From assembly GCA_043753995.1 (NCBI GenBank), contig JAYUVP010000244.1:1-12587 (forward strand): 12,587 nucleotides of DNA, read 5' to 3'. This DNA comes from Fibrobacterota bacterium. Lineage in GTDB: Bacteria > Fibrobacterota > Fibrobacteria > UBA11236. The first letter of the stretch is position 1; each line of letters opens with the position of its first letter. Below the pieces are notes generated by a model that had not been told where the DNA came from, did not search any database, and was given only the letters and a program-made list of their open reading frames with translations. The position numbers were made by a program, and so were the translations under genes. Shown here in pieces: positions 1 to 9,590 of the stretch.

Positions 1-28
1 GATCCATCTTATTTCTAGGCTCAGCCAC

Positions 29-62
29 AAAAAAAACCCTCCCGGCACGAGTCCGAGAGGGC
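29..62 (-). terminator. Rho-independent terminator downstream of eno
   Basis: Minus strand reads GCCCTCTCGG-ACTCGTG-CCGGGAGGG-TTTTTTTT: a 9-bp GC-rich stem with one G-U pair followed by 8 U, about 65 nt after the eno stop. Confidence 0.9.
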
Positions 63-128
63 TTCATTCACTCACTCAAGCCAAGCGACACCACGGTCAA
101 ACCGCGCCTGCGCTAGCGTTTCACCGGC

Positions 129-2270
<2,142 letters not shown>

Positions 2271-2300
2271 GGCTCCGAGGTGTTTGGGCATAAGTGCGGT

Positions 2301-3401
2301 TCAGAACGCTTGATTGAAGTCCACATACAATCCGAATCCATACCCGCTGAAACCGAGATCGCCTCGTAGCGCACCCAGGCGACGGCCCACCAGCAAACGC
2401 CCGCCCACGCCTCCCGCCGGATGCCAGCGGGCCTCATGAAGGGCCGCAAAATCTTTTTCTACTCGTCCCATTTCACCGAAGGCGGCCATTTGCCAGGTAT
2501 TGCCGAAATAGTGGGCTATCAGAGGCAAGTCGAGGTGAAAGGTATAACGCAGCTCACTTTGCAAAGCCTCGGCCTGCCTGTCGCGCAATCGCCGGTCAGG
2601 AATGCCGCGCAAAATTTTTCTCTCTCCCAGAACCGGCAAATCATAAAAGGGTGCTTCGCCATAAACGGCACGATGTAAGACCTTGGTTGCGAATTCGACC
2701 GGAGCCCAAGGCTGCCAATAGCCCACGGCAAAAATCTCGGAGCGTCCGAAATTGAAATTCGAGGCGGGTGAACTGTGTCCGAAGCGCGCCCCGGCATAAA
2801 GGCCATGGCTCGGCAACTCTTCCTCGTCGCGCGTATCCCATTCGAGAGCCGCTTCCCACAAGTCTTCCCCACCGCCATGCACACCGGGCATGCTTTCCGG
2901 TAAAACCTCGGCCACATCGAGGCTATCGGAAACCGCCTCCACGCCTGTCATGCGAAGGGCTTGGGTCGAAGCCGCCAAACGCAAATGCCAAGCGCTCCAC
3001 AGGGGATAAACGGTTTCCAGTGCCAAAGCGGCTCCCAGAGGTTTGTAAATCACCTGCCGCTCTACCGGTGGGTCATTGCCAGGGCCATAATAGGAGAACG
3101 GGGTATAAAAGCCCTGCAAGGTCATACGGGGATTGCCCCAAACGCCTTGCTCCCCCAAACGTATGGACAGCTTGCTTTCGAATTGCGCGCGCGTTGTAGC
3201 ATAGGCATGCACATCAAGACGCGCGATGGTAGGCCATGGGTCTCGGGCAATGAATTTGGCTCCTGCGCCCAAACCATTTTCAGGACTCAAAAAAGCAATG
3301 GGAAGCCAAGCCTTTTCCATGGCTAAGACCACGCCAAAACCCAGGCCCAACCAGGAAAAGCAAAAAATTAGGCCAAAAAACCGTAGAAAGTGGTGAGCCA
3401 C
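2301..3401 (-). CDS. Omp85/BamA-TamA family outer-membrane beta-barrel protein without POTRA domains, about 366 aa
   Basis: Signal-peptide-like N-terminus from GTG 3401; amphipathic beta strands; EWDTRD motif; LRGIPDRRLRD resembling the loop-6 (V/L)RG motif; C-terminal beta-signal YVDFNQAF ending in Phe. The ORF-track start 3494 would overlap the divergent gene. Confidence 0.78.
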   Translation of the reverse strand: MAHHFLRFFGLIFCFSWLGLGFGVVLAMEKAWLPIAFLSPENGLGAGAKFIARDPWPTIARLDVHAYATTRAQFESKLSIRLGEQGVWGNPRMTLQGFYTPFSYYGPGNDPPVERQVIYKPLGAALALETVYPLWSAWHLRLAASTQALRMTGVEAVSDSLDVAEVLPESMPGVHGGGEDLWEAALEWDTRDEEELPSHGLYAGARFGHSSPASNFNFGRSEIFAVGYWQPWAPVEFATKVLHRAVYGEAPFYDLPVLGERKILRGIPDRRLRDRQAEALQSELRYTFHLDLPLIAHYFGNTWQMAAFGEMGRVEKDFAALHEARWHPAGGVGGRLLVGRRLGALRGDLGFSGYGFGLYVDFNQAF

Positions 3402-3409
3402 GGCCAGCG

Positions 3410-3417
3410 AATATACT
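3410..3417. promoter_or_regulatory. Putative overlapping bidirectional -10 elements (TATACT on +, TATATT on -)
   Basis: AATATACT lies within the 25-bp gap between divergent starts: TATACT 3412-3417 is 9 nt before ATG 3427, and TATATT (- strand, 3415-3410) is 8 nt before GTG 3401. No clear SD on either side. Confidence 0.55.
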
Positions 3418-3426
3418 TTACCCCCA

Positions 3427-4455
3427 ATGCGTTCCTTAGCGGTTACCCTGATATTGGCATTTTGCGCCTTCGCGGACGAAGTGAAAAGGCCCACCGGCCC
3501 CCTTCGCTTTGATACCCCCGAAGACCTGGCACCTCATCCCTCAAAAAGCAAGTCCTACAGTGAATTGTGGACCTTCGTCTTTCAATTCGACGGCGGGGCC
3601 CAGCTCTTTTTGAATTTCACCCGCGCCAACTTGGGGCCGCGCGATCCCGTCTGCGGGGCCGATGCCGTTCTTACGGGCTTTCAGGGTAAAAGCTTCGCCG
3701 TGGCTCGTGAATATCCCGTGAAGAATTTTCAGTTTAATGCTGCGACGCATGGCCTCGCCGTGCATGAAAACATTCACTTCGCCGGCGTGGGGACCGATAA
3801 CTTAAACGTCTTTTTCAAAACCTCGAAGCAAGGCCTCAATTGGTTTGCCGATTTGAAGGTAACGGAGGCCGACAAGGGAGCGGTTTGGGGCGACGGCTTT
3901 TTCGGCCTAGGCGAAAATCGCATGGGCTTGTTTTTGCATGTGCCCAGGGCCAAGGTTCAAGGTCGCATTGCCATTAATGGGGACACCCTGAATGTCACGG
4001 GAACGGCCTATATGGACCATACCGTGCAAACCGCCTTCGCCCCTAAACTGGTGCGCAAAGGCTTGCGCTTCGTGCAGCATCAGGGCGATACCCTGGTGGG
4101 ACAGGTCTTCGAAACCGTGCGCGATTTTCAACATCAAGCCCTGGGTTATGGTCTCCGCGGAACCGGCGTAAATCGCGAACTATTGAAACCTGAAATCTTT
4201 CAAGTCACTAGCACCGGCCGAGCCTTAAAAATAAAGGTGCCCATGCAAATCAAATTGCTCAGCGGCGGCCAAGTCACCTTCACCTTTGATAGGCAACAAG
4301 ATCTGCAGCAGGCCAGCACCTTACAAGAATTCAATTACTTCACCAAGGTGGCCATCAAAGCCATGCTCGGTGGCGAAATTTTTGCCTTTCGCGGCTTGGG
4401 CAAGTTAAATGGCAAGCCTGGGGCCGCTTATAACTTGGTCGTCATCGAAGACTAG
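3427..4455 (+). CDS. Exported AttH/CrtC-like (lipocalin-type double beta-barrel) protein, 342 aa
   Basis: Sec signal (MRSLAVTLILAFCAFA); YSELWTFVFQFDGG resembles the family E-W-W-Y motif; GRIAINGDTLNVTGTAYMDH matches the conserved G-x-I-x-I-x-G...V-x-G-x-x-Y-x-D-H motif. Confidence 0.6.
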   Translation: MRSLAVTLILAFCAFADEVKRPTGPLRFDTPEDLAPHPSKSKSYSELWTFVFQFDGGAQLFLNFTRANLGPRDPVCGADAVLTGFQGKSFAVAREYPVKNFQFNAATHGLAVHENIHFAGVGTDNLNVFFKTSKQGLNWFADLKVTEADKGAVWGDGFFGLGENRMGLFLHVPRAKVQGRIAINGDTLNVTGTAYMDHTVQTAFAPKLVRKGLRFVQHQGDTLVGQVFETVRDFQHQALGYGLRGTGVNRELLKPEIFQVTSTGRALKIKVPMQIKLLSGGQVTFTFDRQQDLQQASTLQEFNYFTKVAIKAMLGGEIFAFRGLGKLNGKPGAAYNLVVIED

Positions 4456-4484
4456 GCTCAGGCCGCTTAGCGTCCCTTAGCCCA

Positions 4485-5000
4485 ATGCCTGTTTTTCGCG
4501 TCCTTGCCATTTGTGGCAGCCTACAGGCTGATTCCAGTAATCTTCGCCTGATAAAACGCCTAGTCGATAGGCAAACAGCGGAGCTAGACATTCACCTGAC
4601 GGATGAATTGCGATATTTGCCGCATTTCAATACCGATCTTGTCGATGCGCAAATGCTTTCGCCAGTGGAAAAATGGCGGCAAGCACTCGCCGCTAGCGAC
4701 GGCCTCCTAATCGCCTGCCCCGAATACGGTCACAGCCTTCCCGGTGCTTTGAAAAACGGTATTGACTGGGTGATTGGAACTGGCGAACTCTATCGCAAAA
4801 CCGTTGCCATTACCGCCGCCGCCGCGCATCCCGATCGCGGTCTCCGGGGTCTGGCTGCACTCAAGCAAACCCTGCTCGCCGTCGATGCCAAGATCGTTTG
4901 GGAAAAGCCGATGGTGAATCCGACGGATGCAGAACTGGATACCTTGATCCAAGCCCTCCACGAGGGCATGGCTTATGGGAGAGAGAAAACGGAATTCTAG
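4485..5000 (+). CDS. NADPH-dependent FMN reductase (flavodoxin-like, SsuE/ChrR family), 171 aa
   Basis: ICGSLQADSSN phosphate-binding loop and PEYGHSLPGALKNGIDW signature. Confidence 0.92.
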   Translation: MPVFRVLAICGSLQADSSNLRLIKRLVDRQTAELDIHLTDELRYLPHFNTDLVDAQMLSPVEKWRQALAASDGLLIACPEYGHSLPGALKNGIDWVIGTGELYRKTVAITAAAAHPDRGLRGLAALKQTLLAVDAKIVWEKPMVNPTDAELDTLIQALHEGMAYGREKTEF

Positions 5001-5007
5001 CACCAAT

Positions 5008-5211
5008 GGATTCGCAGGGAAGGTGCCCCTGGGGCGGTGGGGGTAGGCCAAGACCCCGCAAGCGCGGTGGAGCTCGCCACCTTGGCGAACCGCGTGCGGC
5101 GGCTTGGCCGAGGGGGAGGGACACAGTCACCTAGCCGTTACGGGGGCTCCAAGGGCAAAACAAAAGGCGGACGAATGGACGAGACCTCCCCCTTGTGAAA
5201 GCCCTGCAACC
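5008..5211. repeat. Structured intergenic element with nested inverted repeats (possible MITE/REP-like element or ncRNA)
   Basis: Pairings: GCAGGG 5014-5019/CCCTGC 5202-5207; GGCCAAG 5046-5052/CTTGGCC 5103-5109; CCGCA..GCGCGGT 5056-5068/ACCGCGTGCGG 5089-5099; TCGCCA 5074-5079/TGGCGA 5083-5088; AGGGGGAGG 5111-5119/CCTCCCCCT 5185-5193. Confidence 0.5.
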
Positions 5212-6366
5212 CTAGCTTCGCTTCTCCAACTTTCCATCCGCATGCTTGGCAAATCGGCCTATGCTCGCATCGCCGTGAGTCGGGTCGCTGGATTTCCAGG
5301 GCCATCCGCCGAATTGGGTGGCGCGAAAATCATTGAAAGCCTGCTGAATTTCCGCCTGGGTATTCATCACGAAAGGGCCATATTGCACCACGGGTTCGCC
5401 AATGGGTTTGCCTTGGAGAATGAGCAGGCGAGTCTTTTCCGGGCCATTCACCACCAGGGTCTCGTGGGTAGAAATCAAGGTGGCAGCGTGATAATGGGGT
5501 ACATTTTCACCGGCTACGCTTAAGGATTTGCCTTTGAAAAAGTAGAGAGTGCGACTCACATTGTTCGCTGTAGGTGGCATTTTCCACTCGGCGCCCGGCT
5601 CCATGTCCACCACCCAAATGGCCACTTCATTGTCGGGATTCGCGGCCCAGGAATTAGGCGGCGGAGGTGGCGCTTTGATCGCCCCGATTTTTCCCGCGAC
5701 CACCAAGACCTTTGTCTTTTGTTCGTCCGTCACATAGGTGGAAATATCCTCGCTCCACAACATGGTGAAATGGGGTTCGACCATTTTGTTTTTGGCGGGC
5801 AAATTCAGCCAGATCTGAAAAAGCTCCATGGTATTGTCTTTGTCGGAATGCAAAAGCGGGAACATTTCGGCGTGCTGAATGCCGCGTCCTGCCGTCATCC
5901 ATTGTGTGTCCCCGCCGCCATAACGACCCGCCGCGCCTTGGGAATCGGCATGATCGACCCGGCCGCGCTGAACCACGGTGACGGTTTCAAAACCTCGATG
6001 CGGGTGTGCGGGAAAGCCAGGAATGGTCTCGCCATGATACATGCGAAAGCCGTCCTTCACCGTGAAGTCCTGGCCGATATCGCGACCGCGCAAGAGACTC
6101 GCATCGGGGCCTAAGCGGCCATTGCCCTTGGGGAAAAAGTCTTCGTGATGAACACAAAACAAAAAGGGATCGGCAGTCTCCCACTGAAATTGCAAACGAC
6201 GAAGACCCGTGACTGTTTTCTGACTCATGGCTTTGCCTTTGGGAGGGCGTTTCAAGGAGTTTGGATTGGCTTTAGCCAAGGAAGGAAGAGCGAGCACAGC
6301 GAGAACGCGACCTAAAATCCCCAGAAAACCTCTACGCGAATTCGGGGATTGGAAGGGGTAGAACAT
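5212..6366 (-). CDS. Pirin-family bicupin with putative twin-arginine signal peptide (384 aa; alternative start 6228)
   Basis: Pirin metal-binding motifs GFPAHPHRGFETVT, DHADS and WMTAGRGIQHAE; FQIWLNLP; C-terminal GEPVVQYGPFVMNT. ATG 6366 is 10 nt after the upstream stop and begins MFYPFQSPNSRRGFLG...LAKA. The ORF-track start 6687 overlaps the upstream gene. Confidence 0.92.
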   Translation of the reverse strand: MFYPFQSPNSRRGFLGILGRVLAVLALPSLAKANPNSLKRPPKGKAMSQKTVTGLRRLQFQWETADPFLFCVHHEDFFPKGNGRLGPDASLLRGRDIGQDFTVKDGFRMYHGETIPGFPAHPHRGFETVTVVQRGRVDHADSQGAAGRYGGGDTQWMTAGRGIQHAEMFPLLHSDKDNTMELFQIWLNLPAKNKMVEPHFTMLWSEDISTYVTDEQKTKVLVVAGKIGAIKAPPPPPNSWAANPDNEVAIWVVDMEPGAEWKMPPTANNVSRTLYFFKGKSLSVAGENVPHYHAATLISTHETLVVNGPEKTRLLILQGKPIGEPVVQYGPFVMNTQAEIQQAFNDFRATQFGGWPWKSSDPTHGDASIGRFAKHADGKLEKRS

Positions 6367-6376
6367 GAGGCCCGCC

Positions 6377-7396
6377 CTATTCGTCCGTGTCTTCGTTGGG
6401 CGCAGGAATGCGGCGCGAAACACCTTTTTGGGTGCCGAACCAGGTTTCGCCGTCGGGGCAAGGCAATACCGAATAAATCCAGCGCGTGCGAATGCCGGTG
6501 GTGGTGTTCTTGGAAAATAAAGACCAAGCCTTGCCGTCATATCGCCCCGCCCCACCCTTGGAGGCGACCCACAGCACGCCGGCATTTTCGACGGACAAGG
6601 AATACACTTGCTCGCCCGCGACTTCCCCCATGGCGACAGCATCGGTGAAGCTTTGAAACTTGCCCTTGCTATAACGCGCCAATCCACTTTGCGTGCCTAT
6701 CCACAGGGTGCCATCGGGAGCGACCGTCAAATAAGTGATGCTGCTATGCGGCAGTCCACCCTCAGTCGATTCACGCGTATAGGTGACCCAATTCGCTCCG
6801 GTGTATTGCACCAAGCCAGCGATGGTGCCTAGCCAGCGATTGCCGACGCTGTCCATAGCAATGGCCGTCACATGGCGATGAGGCAAGCGTCCTGAAATGC
6901 GATCGCCGGAATAAGTCGTCCACGTTCCGCCTCGCATTTGGCTGAAGCCATTACGAGTGCCTACCCATAATTCCCGCCGTGTCACGGCTATGGAAGTGAT
7001 GCCATTGTCAGGCAATCCGCCGTGAGTGTTTTCCACGTTATAGGAAGTCCAGGAACTATTGGCTTGCTTGGCCAACCCACGTTCGGTGGCCACCCACAAT
7101 TCGCGATTCTCGCCAATAGCTAAAGCATTGATGGAATCATTGGGCAAACCTCCCGAAGTCGAGGCCTTGGTGTATTTCTGAAAGTCATCGTAGCGGCTTA
7201 TCCAGGTTAGCCCGCCCTTGGTACCCACGTATTTATTGCCTTGATCGTCGGCCACCATGCAAAACACTTCAGGCACCGGTAGGCGTTGATTGTCGAGCAA
7301 TTCCCAACGGAATAAAGCCTCGGCATGAATGCTCATGCCGGTCAATCCCAGGAGAGCCAGAATAAGGGCTCTGGCTATGTCAAATCGTTTCATCAT
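6377..7396 (-). CDS. Exported stand-alone 7-bladed beta-propeller (two-component regulator propeller, Reg_prop-type repeats), about 339 aa
   Basis: Signal peptide MMKRFDIARALILALLGLTGMSIHA; seven repeats of the type GLPxxxIxxIAxxxxGxLWIGTxxGL; no kinase, TM anchor or Y_Y_Y domain follows. Confidence 0.85.
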   Translation of the reverse strand: MMKRFDIARALILALLGLTGMSIHAEALFRWELLDNQRLPVPEVFCMVADDQGNKYVGTKGGLTWISRYDDFQKYTKASTSGGLPNDSINALAIGENRELWVATERGLAKQANSSWTSYNVENTHGGLPDNGITSIAVTRRELWVGTRNGFSQMRGGTWTTYSGDRISGRLPHRHVTAIAMDSVGNRWLGTIAGLVQYTGANWVTYTRESTEGGLPHSSITYLTVAPDGTLWIGTQSGLARYSKGKFQSFTDAVAMGEVAGEQVYSLSVENAGVLWVASKGGAGRYDGKAWSLFSKNTTTGIRTRWIYSVLPCPDGETWFGTQKGVSRRIPAPNEDTDE

Positions 7397-7431
7397 GCGG
7401 TTCGCCGCCAACCTATCCATACATTACGAAC

Positions 7432-9498
7432 TTAGTTATCACTTTCAGGATAAACTCGTCGCAAAGGATGCCACCAAAGCGAGAAGTTTGCGACCACAAA
7501 GGCCCCGCTTCGGGCATGGTAGGCATAAAAATGCCCCTGACCATCGACGCAAACGAAATTTTGCGCCGTGTCGGCCATGGCATAGGCCCGCACATGCGGC
7601 CTTCCCGATTTGGGGCCACGGCAGTCGGTGGGGGCCAGCCGATTGGAGTCAATTTCCCATCCCCGCCAATAGGGAAAGGCAAAGGGCAAGCTTGGTCTCG
7701 CTTCGGCTGGGGTGGCCACCGATCTTGCAGATGCCGTTGAGTCGGTTCCAAACCATTGCGCAGGAGACCAGCCCTTATTTCCTGCTTTACCTTCGAAGCG
7801 ATAACCTTGATCCCCTTGATATTTCCAGCGTCCACCTTTTTGCTTGTGCCAACCTGTTTCGCTCTCCTCCTTTTGCTGTGACCAAAGTGGTGTCGAATCC
7901 GATTTCACTTCGATGGCCACCGGACCTGGGTCGTCTTGGTCGCGACGATCCGATTCCGGCCATTGGGCTTGCACGGTCAAATGCCATTGCGGCCAATGCC
8001 AGGTATGCCGCACGGTCGTGCCGCGTGTCTCGATGGCTGGCTTTCTCCAATTCGCAGGTACGCTGACAGGCGAAGTGGAGCCTTGACCCAAGCCAATCAA
8101 GGTGCTGCCATAGATAGAGCCCATAGGCGATTGCCATAAGCTGCCCCGCACATGTAAAAGATCATCGACACGATAAGGCTTCATGACCTTGGGAGCCAAT
8201 AACAAGGCGGCGGGACGACTCAAGGCATCATAAACCCAAGGCGCGTCTTGCCAAAAGCGTCCGGCCGTGGGAAAGTTCGCGCCGGAATACGACTCATAGG
8301 TGCCGCCACCTACCAGCAAGAAATGCGGGCCTCCGGCATATTGTTCCGTGGGCAAGCCTCGGCGGCCCCTTTGCATGGCCCCCGAAACCACGGTGGCACC
8401 ATACCAGCCCTTGTCTCCTTGCAGCATGGCGAGTATGGCTGGAGGAATGCGGTAAGGCAGGATCACGGCCCATAAAGCCATACCCGCCTCAATGGGACGT
8501 CTTGCCCAAAAGCCCGTATCGGGATCGGCGCTCCAGGGCATGATTCCAGAATGCGCCGCGTAAAAGCTCGTCACGGCATCGCGATCATAGAGGGTGGAGT
8601 CCTCATAGATTTCCGAGGAGCGTCGATACGGTCCCCAACGCACCCCTTCGCAGCTTTGCAAGGCGAAAAGCGCGCTGAGATAATCGAGGCAAATATGCGC
8701 CCCGTCGCGCAAGGCCGGGTCGGAGGCGAAGGCCTGCAAGTTCAGCAAGGCATGCAAGGTAAAGCGCTGATAAATGCGCGCATTGAATTCAAAAAAACCT
8801 TGTCGCAGTATTTGCGACATCATGCGTAAAAGCAGGCGCTTCAAACCCCCGCGGGCATTGTCGAGCACCACGCCCCGGCTTTGCAGGGAATCGCGCAGGC
8901 GATAAAGCTCGGGCAGGCGACGGGTATTGCGCAAGACCAAGTCATTGGTCAATGCGCGGCAGCCTTCGGTCATGAGCAAGTGATTTTCAGTTTCGGGATA
9001 ACGCACCACCACCACTTCGAAATCTTGTTCCGATTCTTGACCATAAAGCCCGTCGACACGGTGCAGCAAATGCACAAAAACGTCATTGGGCAAAAGCAAG
9101 GTGTCTTTCTCAAACAAACCCAAAAGGCTGAGGCAACTCACGAGAGTCATATCGAAATCGCCGTCGCCTCCCACGGACATCGAAGTGCCCGTGCGCCCCA
9201 GCTTTTGAATGGGCGGCTGCAGGACATAGCGCCGCAATTTCTCCCCCATCCCACGCCGCTCATCCTCATCCGCTCCCGCCGCATCGGCCAATTGCACCGA
9301 CCATTCTTGAAAGACGCGGCTCGCGGCATTGCGCCGGGACCAGGCATGCACGCCGCCCTCGTTGTCCATGACGCGTCGCCACGATTCAAAAATGACGGGA
9401 CGCAGGGAATCGCCTGCCCAAGGCCGCGCCGCAGGCACGGGCATCGCCAATAGGCTCGCCGCCCCAATCAGTCCTATGCCCAGCCAAGAAAAAGTCAT
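7432..9498 (-). CDS. Exported hypothetical protein, about 688 aa; helical N-terminal half and beta-rich C-terminal half
   Basis: Long ORF with a signal-like N-terminus (MTFSWLGIGLIGAASLLA); enzyme-like motifs GDGDFDM, PETENHLLM and GFFEFNARIYQRF. Start 9498 or 9513. Confidence 0.8.
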   Translation of the reverse strand: MTFSWLGIGLIGAASLLAMPVPAARPWAGDSLRPVIFESWRRVMDNEGGVHAWSRRNAASRVFQEWSVQLADAAGADEDERRGMGEKLRRYVLQPPIQKLGRTGTSMSVGGDGDFDMTLVSCLSLLGLFEKDTLLLPNDVFVHLLHRVDGLYGQESEQDFEVVVVRYPETENHLLMTEGCRALTNDLVLRNTRRLPELYRLRDSLQSRGVVLDNARGGLKRLLLRMMSQILRQGFFEFNARIYQRFTLHALLNLQAFASDPALRDGAHICLDYLSALFALQSCEGVRWGPYRRSSEIYEDSTLYDRDAVTSFYAAHSGIMPWSADPDTGFWARRPIEAGMALWAVILPYRIPPAILAMLQGDKGWYGATVVSGAMQRGRRGLPTEQYAGGPHFLLVGGGTYESYSGANFPTAGRFWQDAPWVYDALSRPAALLLAPKVMKPYRVDDLLHVRGSLWQSPMGSIYGSTLIGLGQGSTSPVSVPANWRKPAIETRGTTVRHTWHWPQWHLTVQAQWPESDRRDQDDPGPVAIEVKSDSTPLWSQQKEESETGWHKQKGGRWKYQGDQGYRFEGKAGNKGWSPAQWFGTDSTASARSVATPAEARPSLPFAFPYWRGWEIDSNRLAPTDCRGPKSGRPHVRAYAMADTAQNFVCVDGQGHFYAYHARSGAFVVANFSLWWHPLRRVYPESDN

Positions 9499-9511
9499 TG
9501 TGATCCCACCC

Positions 9512-9517
9512 ATTATA
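9512..9517 (-). promoter_or_regulatory. Putative -10 element (TATAAT) for the 9498-5212 cluster
   Basis: Perfect TATAAT on the minus strand 13 nt upstream of ATG 9498 in a GC-rich divergent gap; no convincing -35. Confidence 0.45.
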
Positions 9518-9590
9518 GGTCTCGCGAAGCCGCCAAGTCGGCTTTAGAGGTGGCCTTTAATACCTTTCGCCTTAATCCACGCGAGTTCCC

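Noticed and set aside
70..128. Small hairpin CACGGT-CAA-ACCGCG in the eno 3' UTR
   Set aside because: Short and imperfect; expected by chance at this GC content.
3402..3494. N-terminal extension of the Omp85 ORF
   Set aside because: Overlaps the divergent gene's start; GTG 3401 yields a plausible signal peptide.
4861..5523. Small ORFs crossing the structured intergenic element
   Set aside because: Overlap real genes, have weak starts and low-complexity Pro/Gly/Arg translations; no transposase motifs.
6367..6687. 107-aa N-terminal extension of the pirin ORF in the track
   Set aside because: Overlaps the propeller gene on the same strand in another frame; ATG 6366 fits gene packing and gives a coherent leader.
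6400..7300. Repeated units in the propeller gene as a possible DNA repeat or CRISPR array
   Set aside because: Similarity is at the protein level only; no identical DNA repeats with unique spacers. No CRISPR, tRNA or rRNA was recognised in the window.
7329..9453. ORFs 7329-8066, 7413-7835, 8881-9453 and others overlapping the 688-aa gene
   Set aside because: Alternative-frame or antisense ORFs in GC-rich DNA with no family motifs.
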